A stretch of 64,000 nucleotides of DNA from Octopus sinensis (Eukaryota). Positions 1 through 12,880 of this stretch are shown in pieces. Made by a program: the position numbers and the translations under genes. The notes below the pieces were generated by a model. It was given only the letters and a program-made list of their open reading frames with translations. It made no database searches and was not told the DNA's origin. Where the stretch lies: assembly GCF_006345805.1 (NCBI RefSeq), contig NC_042997.1, forward strand, positions 83,824,001 through 83,888,000, given 5' to 3'. Position 1 is the first letter of the stretch, and every line of letters starts with the position of its first letter.

Positions 1-228
1 CTTTAGTCAATGAGTAAATTCCAATTACTAACAGCTTATATAGAAGTCATGGCAATATCAAATATCACGTCTGATTAGTGTCAAAATGGCTAATTAATTT
101 GTAAAACACACCTGAACACTGATCAAGTGCTGCAGTAGTTAACCTGTCTTGACTTGAATGAGGTTAGATGCAAATGTCATTATTACTAACACACACACAC
201 ACACACACACACACAAATATTCCTACTA

Positions 229-622
229 TTTCTATCTTTTATTGTTTACTTATTTTGGTCATAAGACTGTGGCCATGCTGGGGCACTGCCTTGAAGAATT
301 TTTAGTCGAATGAATTGATCCCAGTATTTATTCTTTTGTTAAGCCTGTTACTTATTCTATTGGTCTTTTTTGCTGAACTGCTAAGCAATGGGGATGTAAA
401 CACACCAACACTAGTTGTCAAATGGTGATGAGGGACAAACACAGACACAAACACACACAGATGGGCTTCTTTCAGTTTCCATCTACCAAATCTACTCATG
501 AGGCTTTGGCCATCCAGAAGCCAACCAAAGAAGACACCTACCCAAAGTGCCATGCAGCAGGACTGAACCTGGGACCATAGGGCTGGGAGCCAAGCTTCTT
601 ACCACACAGCCATACCTGTGCC
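229..622 (-). mobile_element. tRNA-derived SINE, family A (near full length)
   Basis: Minus strand begins ggcacaggtatggctgtgtggt (A-box-like) then ggtcccaggttcagtcc (B-box-like). The same head and tail recur many times in the window, e.g. 26865-27252, 38313-38712, 45231-45622, 57247-57680, 58630-59040, plus partial copies near 10750, 16646, 17100-17780, 20690, 28700, 29875-30535, 36980, 53706, 59878 and 61518. Confidence 0.85.
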
Positions 623-864
623 TATTACTATTAGTAATATTATTTCATTAATATTACTAACAATGAGTCAATTGCTCAGCCTTTCAGTAAGAATGGTAAA
701 CGTTATTTTAATCTGGGGGAAGACAATGTAAGATAATATCAACTCTCCAGTACTTGATGTTCAAAGATATTCTGCCAATCCACATGCCCACACAAAATAA
801 TGCAAAAATATATCCTCCCTAAACACACATGAATTGTTTGTATGTTGTAAGCCATTATTGTTAA

Positions 865-1310
865 GCAGCAAGCTGGCAGAATTGTTAGCACGCTGGAAAA
901 AATGTTCTGTGGCATTTTGTCCATCTTTACGATCTGAGTTCAAATTCTGCCATGGTTGACTTTGCCTTTCATCCTTTCAGGGTTGATGAAATAAGTACCA
1001 CTTACACACTGAGGTCAAATTAATCAACTAGCCCTCTCCCTAAAAATTCCAGGCCTTGTGCCTTTAATAGAAAGGATTATTATTATTGTCGTTAAGGCAG
1101 CCCGCTGGCAGAATCATTATCATGCCGAGCAGAATGCTTAGAAGAATTTTGCCTGTCTTCATATTCTGAGTTCAAATACTGGTGAGGTCAACTTTAGCTT
1201 TCATTCTTTAGGGGTCAATAAAATAAGTACTAGTTGAGCACTGGGGTTGATGTAATTGACTTGTCCCCTCCCCTGTAATTGCTGGCCTTGTGCCAAAATT
1301 TCAAATCATT
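865..1310 (+). mobile_element. Two tandem copies of tRNA-derived SINE family B
   Basis: Repeated agctggcagaat...ttctgagttcaaat...ctttgcctttcatcc...aagtacc...ttgtgcc unit. Other copies near 1600-1830, 3735-3885, 5850-6062, 6600-6740, 20985-21365, 33048-33590, 33860-34230, 41190-41390, 52300-52600 and 60490-60700; many carry an (ATT)n tail. Confidence 0.8.
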
Positions 1311-2120
1311 ATAATTATTATCATTATTCATTCAAGCTCTTTATGTTATGAGTTTAAATTGTGCCAAAATTTATGAGTGATGTGTTCAAACCATGATGAG
1401 GTCAAGATTGTATTTAATCCTGGGATCAAAAAATAGAGTACCAGTCAAAAACTAGTGTTGATTCAATCAACTATACACATTTCCTACATTTGAAGCCTTG
1501 TGCTACCACAAGAAATCCTTATTACCGATGCAGAACCATGGTCAATGAGGTGTGGCTATTGCAGATAATTATTATTATGAGTGGTTATTATAACTGTTAT
1601 TAGTAAGGCAGCAAGCTGGCAGAATTGTTTGCATCTCACAAAAAAAATGCTTAGCATTATTTCTTCTGACCCATTATGTTCAGAGTTCAAATTCCACAAA
1701 GATTGACTATGCCTTTTGTCCTTTCAAGGTTGATAAAGTAAGTACCAGTTGAGCACTGAGATGAGGTAATCAACCATCTCCTTCCTTTTTAATTGCTGAC
1801 CATATGCCAAAATATGAAACCATTATCTTTATTATAATGTCAAAACATTAGAATGCCAGGTCAAATGCCCCTTGGTAGTTAGTTTGGTCTCTCTACTTCT
1901 TGCCAGTATTTATTCTATTTTTAAAGCTGCAGGTATCAATAAAATGAATACCATTTTCACATGGGTATTCACTAAACCATGCTCTACTCTTATTTAGACA
2001 TTTTCAATACTTCATGCTAATGGAAGAAAACATTACAAATAGTACCGCGGGGTTACCAAACCCAATATTATTGGATTAATTTACACTTCACATCCTAGCA
2101 TTTGTTAATTCTCTCTATAC

Positions 2121-2348
2121 CAATGATTCTCAACCAGGGTCCACATAAGAATTTGCTAAAATTTATTTGCAATAAATTGGCTATTCTTCTACAAAGCACA
2201 AAATATTTCAATTTTTTTTATACAATTCCAAATATTTAATCATAAAATATAATGGCATTTTTTAAAAACATTAAATGGCTATGGGCACCTAGTAGAATAA
2301 AATAAGAATCAAAGGGGTCCATTGGTAAAAAATGGTTGAGAACCACTG
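2121..2348. mobile_element. hAT (Charlie-like) MITE, copy 1
   Basis: TIRs caatgattctcaacc / ggttgagaaccactg; 8-bp flanks ctctatac (2113-2120) and gtctatac (2349-2356) match 7/8; homologous to 24561-24799. Confidence 0.8.
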
Positions 2349-2399
2349 GTCTATACCTTTATTTAACTGAAACTATCATGTTTGTCTGTTGGAGACATG

Positions 2400-2790
2400 A
2401 GCACCATCTGGTCATCTTTAAGGATGACTGATGACTTGTGACTTGCTTGGTGACTTGTTTAAAGTGAAGAAGACTTGGGCATTGTCAACCTCACTGTCTT
2501 ATCTGTGACCATCTTCAATCCAGTGGGAAGACCTGGTCCAGATAACTAGGGATGGAGACAGATGCAGTGGACAATCAAGATGTCTTACTTGCCTCGTCTT
2601 GCTCTCTGCATTCTACAATGCATTGCTGAAGCCACTTTTCCCTCTGATGAACTATGATGGTTTCTTCTGCAGAGTCTGCTGGATCCAGTCTTCACATGCA
2701 TAGGTAGGCAAGCCCTGATATGCTAATTAACCCGTAGCTGGGATACTGACAGGTGCTACTACTCCAGGTCAGAGTAGACATGGGAACAAC
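2400..2790 (-). mobile_element. Degenerate retroelement fragment (RTE-like untranslated region)
   Basis: GC-richer block; the minus strand cccagctacgggttaattag... resembles RTE-type 5' UTR sequence from memory only; no ORF. Confidence 0.3.
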
Positions 2791-3039
2791 AGTGGCTAAG
2801 AGGAGGTTCCACACTTCTCAGAAACTATACCAGTTGGAGTTTTGTTGATATTTTTTTCTTCTTTTCCAGACGTGAAGATGTTTTGCATTGGAAGTGGCAA
2901 GAATCTTAAGCAACAGTAAATATATTTATGGAAACAACAATCAAAATAAACTACATACCAAATCAGTCCAACAACTACATTTATGAAATATGTCTCAGAA
3001 GTCATTTATTGATTTTCTTCAACTTGTGAAAAACAAACA

Positions 3040-3062
3040 ACTTACCTGAAAAAAAAAGAAAG
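3040..3062 (-). promoter_or_regulatory. Candidate recursive splice site (polypyrimidine-CAG|GTAAGT)
   Basis: Minus strand reads ctttc-ttttttttt-cag|gtaagttg, with the junction between 3046 and 3045, preceded by a long T-rich tract. Confidence 0.45.
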
Positions 3063-3707
3063 ATATAAAAGATTTAATAAAAATAACAACAAAAACACAA
3101 ACAAACAAAAACAAACAAATACACAAACAAGAAATAATAAAAAGAGAAAATATCTTGCTGAAAATCTATCTTTATGGTTGAGAAATGAATGCAGAAATAC
3201 AGAGTGGAAAAGAAAATTTTAAACGAAGAAATAAACATCAGTAAAAACAAAATGAAAAATAAAAACAAGACTATATGATATAAATTTACTTAGGAAACTG
3301 ATGAAAAAGATATGAATGAATATTAAATCACGTTTATCATAATATGTATTCTCCCCAACCAATACATATTCTGTTGAATGAATAGGATCTGAGGTTAACT
3401 GGCCAGTTAAAATTAACCTTACTAAATCTAAAGCTGTAGTTATAATTTGTAGTCATGGCTAGTGACTACATCAATGGTATGATGACATGAAGTAGTCTCA
3501 GTGTAAGATATTTATCTCTTACAAATGTCACTGTAGTCAACATTGCACCCTTTGTCTGTCTACATATACGCATATGTATGCCAGTATTTAGTGTGTGTAA
3601 AACCAAATTAGCTTAATGTTCTTCTTGCAGAAGATACAACCAGGAAAATTCCCAATGTTGTTCTCTGACAAAATAATATAAAATAGTCATCATACACAAA
3701 CACACAA

Positions 3708-3739
<32 letters not shown>

Positions 3740-3900
3740 TAATAATAATACTCCTTTCTACTAGAGGTACAAGGTTTGAAATTTTATAGAAGGGGACTAA
3801 TCAATTACATTGGCCCCAGTGATTCACTAGTACTTAATTTATCAATCCCAAAAGAATGCAAGGCCAAGTCAACCTCGGTGGAATTCAGTCAGTTCATGCC

Positions 3901-3931
<31 letters not shown>

Positions 3932-3933
<2 letters not shown>

Positions 3934-4291
3934 GACATAACAATAATAGACAAGGAAAAGCAATGTTGCTTACTAATAGACCCATCATGTTCATTTGATT
4001 CCATGATTGTAAAGAAAGAGGATGAAAAATTAAGAAAATATAATCCCTTAAAATTTGAAATTGCAAGAATTTGGAATAGAAAAACTGTAGCGGTTGGGCT
4101 TGTAATAATTGGTGCACTGAAAACTCTAAGCACAGATATACAGAAATGGTTGAAGATTGGAATACAATGTCCTGTAGAGCTACTACAGAAAGTTTGCCTC
4201 TTAGGAGAGTTTTAAGCACTTGAAAAACTATTGAAAGCTTGTGGATACCTTGAGTTACAGGCAATAACCCACTACCTACATAAATTCTACC
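3932..4291 (+). mobile_element. R4/Dong-like non-LTR retrotransposon 3' fragment 1 (REL endonuclease remnant)
   Basis: Reads DITIIDKEKQCCLLIDPSCSFD...EKLRKYNPLKFEIARIW...VIIGALK...LQKVCLLG, the (P)D..D..K restriction-like endonuclease C-terminus; flanked on both sides by (AAT)n. Confidence 0.8.
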
Positions 4292-4352
<61 letters not shown>

Positions 4353-4353
<1 letters not shown>

Positions 4354-5400
4354 GATATTCTTACTGATAAATGGCAAGAAAAACCTATCAACAGCAAATA
4401 CCCAAAGAGAGCTAATAATGCCAATGTTGACAAAGCCCTCACATATCAATGGTTAGTGTCTTCTGGTTTAAAATCAGAAACAGAAGGGTATATCAAGGCA
4501 GCCAGTTCTTTACTATGTTGGCCTGGTAACTCCTACAAGGAGCTATCAGGCCAACATATTAAAGAACAGCAGTAGCCCAACATATTGTGTATGTAAACAA
4601 CAAAATGAAACCATTGATCATGTCTCCATGTGCAGCCTTTTTGTGACTACAGAGTATCTCAAAAGGCATGATAGAGCAGCACAGTATATTCACCGGGTAA
4701 TTTGCAAAAACCTGGACCTGCCCCATCATAAAAACTGGTGGGAACACAAACCACCCCCAGTGTTGGAAAATGATCACATCTCACTCCTCTGGAACTTCAC
4801 CATTCAAACTAACAAAAATATAGATGCGAATAGGCCAGACATTATATTGAAAGACTTCAGACAAAAATCATGCCGCCTCATTGTCAAGACCTACCAAAAA
4901 CTGAGCAAGTATAAAGATCTAGAAATAGAAATTGGTAAAATGTGGAACCTCACGACTAAAACAATGTGTTGTCATGGGGGCCCTAGAAATGATAGCAAAA
5001 GGGGCTGATTGTTACCTAGCTCAGATACCAAGAAATCCCAAAATGGAAGAAATTAAAAAAATTTGGCTAATGGGAATTGCCTATATCCTATGTAAAATAT
5101 TGTCTATGTAACCCCCAAGATATTTCAATCTGTAGACAGTGTCAAAATACTTTTAAATGTACATAACAGCAAACACCTTTCACTGTCACCTCAACATCAG
5201 GCTATCATCTTATAATCAAATTACTTTTAAAACAATCTTCTAATTTATTTATGATTGACAGACATTCCCTAGAACAATACTCTGTTCAAAACTAAATATA
5301 TGGTACACTAGTCATAACACCAACTTGAACTTCTAACTTTTTTCTTGAGTTCTCTGGGTGAGACTTGGAGTCAACTTGTACAAATACAAAACAAATGCCA
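4353..5400 (+). mobile_element. R4/Dong-like non-LTR retrotransposon 3' fragment 2 (zinc knuckle + REL endonuclease), decayed
   Basis: LKSETEG...ETIDH...RHDRAAQYIH...WDF-like WNFTIQT...ANRPDIILKD...KLSKYKDLEIEIGKMW, ending KILSM* near 5110, then a 3' UTR running into (AAT)n; frameshifts and deletions present. Confidence 0.88.
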
Positions 5401-5421
5401 AATAATAATAACAATAATCAC

Positions 5422-5471
<50 letters not shown>

Positions 5472-5478
5472 TAATAAT

Positions 5479-5847
5479 ATGAGCACTCAGAGAGCACAAA
5501 CTTCTGCCTAGACAACACTAGCATTCTCTCAACGATTAGCCAGAGATGATTTTTAAAATGAGAATATCTGAAATATACTCAACTGCTCTCAGAAAAGAGA
5601 ATACTAAATATGAACCCGACAGCTCTCAAAAATTTAATAAAAAAAGCAGGAAAAATAATCCAGAATCCTAGCCCAGTACTGGATCAGTCCCCAAATCTAA
5701 GCAGTTTGTACCAGTCACAAGGCCAAACATCCCTGAAAGTTTCATCCAAACCCATCCAGCAGTTCTTTGAGATATCTTGTCCATGGACAAACAAAGAAAC
5801 AAACAAGACTGTAAACAATACCTCCACCTTCACTAAAGCAGAGGTAA
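5479..5847. mobile_element. Non-autonomous Helentron/DINE-1-like (HINE) element
   Basis: Terminal hairpin acctccaccttcactaaagcagaggt (~5820-5845), internal (ACAA)n, related subterminal motif aacttctgcc near 5499, inserted in an AAT array; family assignment from recalled architecture. Confidence 0.6.
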
Positions 5848-6556
5848 TAATCCTTTCTACTATATGCACAAGGCGGGAAATTTGCAGGAGAGTTGTGTGG
5901 TCAAGTTGATTACATTGATCCCAGTGCTCAACTGGTACTTATTTTATTGACCTTGAAAGGACAAAAGGCAAAGTCAACTTCAGTGGAATTTGAACCTAAA
6001 ACATAAAAACCAGAAGAAATGTAGACCATCATACTAACAATTCTAACCAGCTTGCCACCTTAGTAACAACGGCAGCAATAATAATAATAATAAATATATT
6101 ACAAAACAATAAAATACAAGTGTCAGACATAGAATTACTAACAAAACAATAAATAAGTAAATAAATCTAATTTGAATTTTTGTTCCCTGGGTGAAACTTG
6201 TGCTTTTTAAGCTATCAGATTCTAATCTACAGTTCAGTTTGCAGAATTGATTTGAAAACAATATGACATTGTTGGCATATGTGAGATGGCCAATTATATA
6301 ATGCTATATAATAAGACAATACGCTAAAAGGTTAAGAGACACATTAGGGTGTCACAAGAAATAGTTTAAAGTTTGCAAGTGGTCATATATGTCAATGAAT
6401 TGCCAGACATCATTATGTATGCATGTATCTAAATGTATATCATCATGGATGTATAGATGTATATATGCATGAGTGTGAATATGTCTGTGATTAAGTTTAT
6501 CACCATAGGTGCCTATATGTATTAGAATGTCTGTATGTACCAGTAAGTGGATATCG

Positions 6557-6597
<41 letters not shown>

Positions 6598-6945
6598 GTA
6601 TAGCTAGAGTGCTAGCTACAATGTTTTGTGTGATTTGTTTCAACTCTTTGCAATCTGAGTTCAAATCCTGTCAAGATCAAAGCTGCTTTTAATCCTTTTG
6701 TGGTTGATAAATAAACTACCAGTTCATTACTGAGTTCATTACCAGTTCATTATCCTCCTCCTCCTCTAATTTTTCTCAGTCTGGAAGAAACTGCCTCAGT
6801 TCAAACATGGAGATGGATGGGTTCTACCAAGTTTAAGTTTCACTAGGTGTTGATAGCCTAAGGAATCCAGAATCTAATGTATTTTTCTATCGATACAGAT
6901 GTGAAAGCATTTATTTATAAGTACATGTGTATATATCATCATCAT

Positions 6946-7140
6946 CATTTACCGTCCATTCTCCATGCTGGCATGGGTTGGACAGTTCGACAGGCGCTGG
7001 CGAGCTGCCTGGCCTAATTTGTCTATTTTGGCATAGTTTCTAAGGCTGAAACAGACAAAATGGAGCCTGGGAAGCTCTCCAGCTGGTCAACCCCTGTCAA
7101 ACCATCCAACTCATGCCAGTATCGAGAACGGATCTTAAAT
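6946..7140. repeat. Head-to-head inverted pair of family C (RTE/L2-like 3' tail) fragments
   Basis: ccatgctggcatgggttggacagttcgacagg at left and cctgtcaaaccatccaactcatgccagtat at right are reverse complements. Family C with a (GAT)n tail also occurs near 9960, 11100-11525, 15432, 16840, 28260, 29000, 29475, 34940, 41900, 57110, 60700 and 61690. Confidence 0.75.
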
Positions 7141-7340
7141 AATAGTGAGGATACATCATATGTACTTATAAATAAATGATTAGACATCTGTATTGATAGA
7201 AAACCTTAGATTCTGGATTCCCTGGGCTATCACCATCTAGTAAAACTGCAAGGACACCACCATGACATGTAGTTAGTCTTGGATATTTTAAATTTGGTGG
7301 AAGCTATCTATCTCTAGGTCTGAACTCAGCCAGTTTGTGT

Positions 7341-7372
<32 letters not shown>

Positions 7373-7611
7373 TATGTATGCATGTATTCAAGCATTAAGT
7401 ATCAGTATGTATGCATGTAAGGTGTTTCAGTATTCATTGAAATGTAGTGGGCTCATGGAAATAGTATAGAGCATCAAATTCAATGCTCAACAACATTTAA
7501 TTCTCTGTGAACCTTTCTTAAGAATATAAATGGTACTGGAATATGAAGCATGGCTGTATGGTTAGGAAGTTTGCTTCACAACTACTTGGTTTCAGGTTCA
7601 TCTCACAACAT

Positions 7612-7970
7612 GTTACCCAAAATTACAGCTCCCAAAATTACTGCAGAGCTTAATGACCACCTCAAGAACCCAGTTTCCACAAAAAACATTTATCTGGCCA
7701 CCACAGTCCCCAGGTCTCAATATTATTGAGCATTTATGGTGCATTTTAGTAAAGCAAGTAAGGAGTCAATATCCTCCACCATCATCACTACAAGAACTGG
7801 AGACCGTTTTAGCTGAAGAATGGACAAAATTCCTTTGGAAACAATTCAAACTTTGTACGAGTCCATATCTTGTAGAATTCAAGCTGTAATTACTGCCAAA
7901 GGCAGTCCTACCCCATATTAAAATAAATGTGTTTGAAATTTTAAGGTGTTTCCATTATTTTGTCCAATCC

Positions 7971-7973
<3 letters not shown>
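7612..7973 (+). mobile_element. Internally deleted Tc1-family transposon (DD34E C-terminus + right TIR)
   Basis: APKITAELNDHL fused directly to IWPPQSPGLNIIEHLW...LQELETVLAEEW...CRIQAVITAKGSPTPY*; ends ...ccattattttgtccaatccctg then TA. Confidence 0.88.
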
Positions 7974-8021
<48 letters not shown>

Positions 8022-8674
8022 TATGAATGAACTAAGAGAAGTAACCCAGTTGCAAGGGGCATAATTGGGACAACAAATATAAGTAAAGGTTGCATTCATT
8101 TACGTGTTTGTATGTATTCACTCATCTATCACACAGATAGTCACATGTACATGAATGTGCTTGTTTTTTTGTTTCCATTGCTTCAATGAATAATGAATGA
8201 TAATTTGTGATGGAAAAGAATTACAGCCCCACTGATACCACCGGAACCACATATTTTTCACTTTCTAGATGACTGCATTACCTATGAAGTACCTGCCATC
8301 TTTATCACTCATACTAGATATCTTAAATTGTTTCTGTTAGCAGGTAATTTATTAATTAGAGAATGCTTTCAGCCTATAGAATTTCAGGGATTTCTTTTCT
8401 TGTTCATAGAATCTCAGTATTTCCAAATGCACATACCATATATGTCTGAGTTATGGCATGACTTTAAGCAAAGCATTTTAATACATATACATATTTGGGA
8501 GTATTAATTTTGTAGGGAACAAAAGATACTCATTTTAATTCCTGAGAGAATGGTTAAGACTTTAGGCATGATGAATAGTAATTTGCTTCCAATATCATTT
8601 ATGTCACAGATTTACTTTCCAATCCCAAATAGCTCAGAATGAATCTATGATATACGTATTTATATATATATATA

Positions 8675-9528
8675 CAGGGTGGTGTGAATTACACAAAAGA
8701 GAAAATAACACTGACATCTCATTTGAACAGATATATTTACCAAACTTACATAAAAACATTTGGAAATACTAAAGAATAAATCTATACAATAAAATCACAA
8801 TTAGCCTCAACCATGGCCTCCAGATGACTTTGGAATCCTCTGCAACTCTTTTGGACGGTCTCCTTGTTTAACTTGGTGAATGCTGCCATAATCCTTGCCT
8901 TCAGTTCATCTTTGGTGTTACAAGGAGATTTGTTGGTCTCTCACTCAAATGTCCCCACACATAATAATCAAGGGGGTTGCAGTCTTGGAAGTTAGGTGGC
9001 CAGATGTTAGGGGTGATGTGGTCGCCGAAATTGTCTGACAGCCATGACTGGGTTTTCCTGTTTGTGTGGCATAGTGCAGACTCCTGTTGCCAGACATAGG
9101 GTCTTCCAGTAGCCACCCTCTTGACCCAGGGCAGCACTACCTCCTCCAGGCACTTGATGTAGGCCTCTGTGTTGAGTCTGAAGTTGTGTGGGAAGATGAA
9201 TGGGGCATAACATCACCATCACTAGGGATCACTCCAAATGCCATGATGTTGACTGGATGTTTGATTTTTATCTTTCTTGGTCCATGTCCTCAGATTGACA
9301 ACCAAACACTCTTAAATTCTCAAATGTTCATATTGGAGCTTCTGGCATGAATGCCAAGCAGTACTGCATGTCGTTTCCAAATTTCTGGCAGAGTGAATTG
9401 TGTGTTGGTGTTGGTTTCGTCACAGTTGCTGCCCAACAGACCCTACTATAGTGTAGTCGACAAAATTGAAATCAAACAATGTTCATGTGCAAAATTAAAA
9501 ATGGCAACAATTTACCCATCACATTCTG
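8675..9528 (-). mobile_element. Internally deleted maT-family (DD37D) Tc1/mariner transposon
   Basis: Minus-strand remnant YVWQQESALCH...WPPNFQDCNPLDYYVWG; 37 residues separate the second catalytic position (here D to E) from the last D; both ends cag...ctg flanked by TA. Confidence 0.85.
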
Positions 9529-9639
9529 TATATATATATTTAAAGCTATGTATGTATGCATGTTTGTATATGTAGTAGTAGTAAATGATGCACTAATCAG
9601 CATATGATGTGCAATCTGAAGTGTATAGAAAGGTTATTT

Positions 9640-9880
9640 TCAAATTTTGGTCAATACAATCTAATCATACAAATGAAACAAGTCTTCTCTCTCTCTCTCA
9701 ATGTAAACACTTCAAGAATAAATAAATAAATTAAAAGGATTGGTCATAATCTGTCTACAGAAAGAAACAGAATACTGCTAATTATAATCATAATATATAA
9801 TCACTTCACTAAGTCAGTCAATCTGATTTGCATAATACTGCTTTCAATGATGACAAACTGTATTTTAATCCTCAAAAATT
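9640..9880. repeat. Diverged direct duplicate, copy 1 (partner 12625-12880)
   Basis: Shared caatctaatca.acaaatgaaa, taatctgtctacagaaagaaac and cttcacta.gtcagtca.tctgatttgcat.atactgctttca blocks. Confidence 0.8.
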
Positions 9881-12092
9881 TCAAAAATTCACCCTATATC
9901 CTATATGTGAAGTTAGGCCTATGTTATATGCTTCAATACACTGCAAATGTTTCAATGTCATCATCATCATCCTTTAATGTTCGTTTTCCATACTGGCATG
10001 GGTTGGATAGTTTTACAGTTGCTGGCAAACCAGAAGACTGCACCAGGCTTCACTGTCTGTTTAGGTATGGTTTTTATGGCTGGATGCCCTTCCAAATGCC
10101 AACAACATTACAGAGCAGACTGAGTGCATTTTACATGGCACAAAACTGCTGAGGTCTGTTTTGGCATGGTTGTTATCGTTAGATGCCCTTCCTAATGCCA
10201 ACCACCTCACAGAGTTGCCTGGGAGCTTTTTATGTGGTACCAGCAGCAGTGGCAAGTCTAATATGTCAGCATGTCTTTTATGCCATCAAATATGGTACTT
10301 AAATAGTATATAATGCTGATATGTAATGTAAAGTACATCTACACAAATTTTAGCCATCACACTAGGGTAATCGATGTGGACAATATGTTGAAAACATGCA
10401 TTAGATAAAAACAAATATCTTTGTTCCTCTCCTTGTGGATAGAAAAAGTGGGATTGGTCTGATTAATTTCAACTTTAATTGTTTGCAGAGTGGAATATAC
10501 ATTAAAGTTAATTATAGTGATTACCATTGTTTTAGTGCCCACTTTTCCAGGCTTGCATGGAGCAGATGGAATTCATTCTGGAAGCAAATATTCAAAAGCC
10601 ATATGCCCTTCCAGTTGCCAGCCCTCATATGCTTCTAAGCAAGGTGATATTTACCCCATGGCTGGACATATCTTCATGAAAGACTTGAAACAGGGTATGT
10701 TCATTTATGACAACACTCATTTATGACTATCAAGCAATATCAAGACAAAGGGACACAAACACACACACATATATGATGGGCTTCTTTCAGTTACCATCTA
10801 CCAAATCCATTCACAGGGCTTTGGTTAGCCTAAGGCTATAGTAGAAGACACTTGCCTAAGGTGTCACACAGTGGGACTGAATCCAGAACCACATGATTAG
10901 AAAGTAGACTTCTTAATCTCATAGCCATGCCTAATGTTATTTATAGTCATAATATATTAAAATTTTACTAATTAAGTTAGTTATAACTTTAACTGAAAAG
11001 GAAAAGAGACATTTGTTTACATTGGTCCTAGTGAAAAAGTGTGCACATCATGATGATGTGATGACTGAAATTTGTATAATCATTTCTATACAGAATTGAT
11101 ATCCTAAAACCAAGGTGCCACATAATAAGCACTGGTGTTGGTGCCACATAAAAAGCACTGGTGATTGTACCATGTAATATGCACCCAGTGCACTCTGTAA
11201 AATGGGTGGCATTAGGAAGAGCATCCAGCTGCAGAAAACAAGCTAAAACAGAGTCTGGAACCTGGAACAGCCCCTAGCCTTGCTAGCTCCTGTCAAACCA
11301 TCCAACCCATGCCAGCATGGAGAACGGAGGCTAAATGTTGTTGATACCTTATTACATTTCTGATATTATATATGTGTATACACTATAAAGTGGTTGACAT
11401 TAGGAATGGCAACCAACCGTAGAAACCAAGCCAAATCAGATTGGAACCAGCTCACCAGCTCTGGTCAAACCGTCCAACCCATGCCAGCATGGAAAACAGA
11501 CATTAAAGAACGAAGATAATGATGATGATACATACAGATGGTAACTCTCTTTCACTTGATGATGAGAATTCAGTTTGATTATCTGTTCCTGAATCAATGT
11601 GTAAGTGGCTGGCTGAGTATTCCATAGTTATGCATCCCCTTAAAAAATTCTAAGGCAAAATAAATGTGACACAGTATATGACAATGTTATATCTTTTGAA
11701 TAACCAGTATAATCCACCTGACTGGATCCTATACACTTTCTGTCTGTCTACTCTGTTTGATTTACAAAGATTGGGATCAACTTGAGGTTATAGAAAATGA
11801 CATTTGGTCAAGATGTTAAGTGGTGAGTTTGAATCCAGTACCTCATTGTTGCAAAGTAGATCTTTACATCTTAACCATACAGTCATACTGAACCTACTTG
11901 CACACACAAAACACACATGCACACAGTACACACACACACAAAACACACATAATGGAATTAAAAAGTGAGACAGGGAGCCTGAACCCATCTAGAAAAATAG
12001 TAAATCCAGTTAAGAACTGGAACTGTGATGATTCATCCAACCCATGCTAGCATAGAAAAGCAGACATAAAATGATCTCTCTTTGTCTGTCTG

Positions 12093-12133
<41 letters not shown>

Positions 12134-12624
12134 TACACACACACACAGTATGTGAGTATGCTATGTATCATTTAGTGTGTATGCATATAACACTTGATAA
12201 GTGAGTAAAAGGCAGAAGCAGAATTCACAAATATAATTTTAGTTAATAATTTATTTGCTATGGTATAAAAAAAAAACCAAAAAAACTCTGGTATGCAATG
12301 GTGGTGGTGGTGTTGGTAGTAGTAGCAGTATGAAAAGTAATAATATATTGCTATAGTAATTATTTTCATAATTAGCTGGAATTTAGATATCACCAAAAGT
12401 AATTATTTTTTAGTCGTTATTTTTGCATGAAAGAGATAACGTTAACATTAATATTATCACAGTTGAAGGTTCCAAAATAATTTCAGAATTTTTTCTTTTA
12501 TTTGGCTATACTAAATAAACAAATAGAAGCAGTGACCTCACTATTTTTCAAAATAAGTAGAATTACGAATAACATACATACAAAATTCTGTAATGCAAAA
12601 GAGCATCCCGATTTTCCTTCTTGA

Positions 12625-12880
12625 TAATTTCCATTGGTCAATGTAGTGATGTGCAATCTAATCACACAAATGAAAGAAAAGGCTTCACTTTTCTTTCCTC
12701 TCTCTCTCACTCAGTGCATGCACGCATGCACTAAATAATTAAAATAGAATTAGTCTTCCTAATCTGTCTACAGAAAGAAACACAGTTTACTGCTAATTAT
12801 AGTTATAATATATAATAACTTCACTATGTCAGTCAGTCTGATTTGCATGATACTGCTTTCACTAATGACAAATTATTTAA
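12625..12880. repeat. Diverged direct duplicate, copy 2 (partner 9640-9880)
   Basis: Same blocks as copy 1, in the same orientation, about 3 kb downstream. Confidence 0.8.

Noticed and set aside
2870-2915. Plus-strand acceptor ttttccag and a weak donor gtaaat around a 46-nt segment
   Set aside because: Weak donor, unrecognisable peptide and no partner exon.
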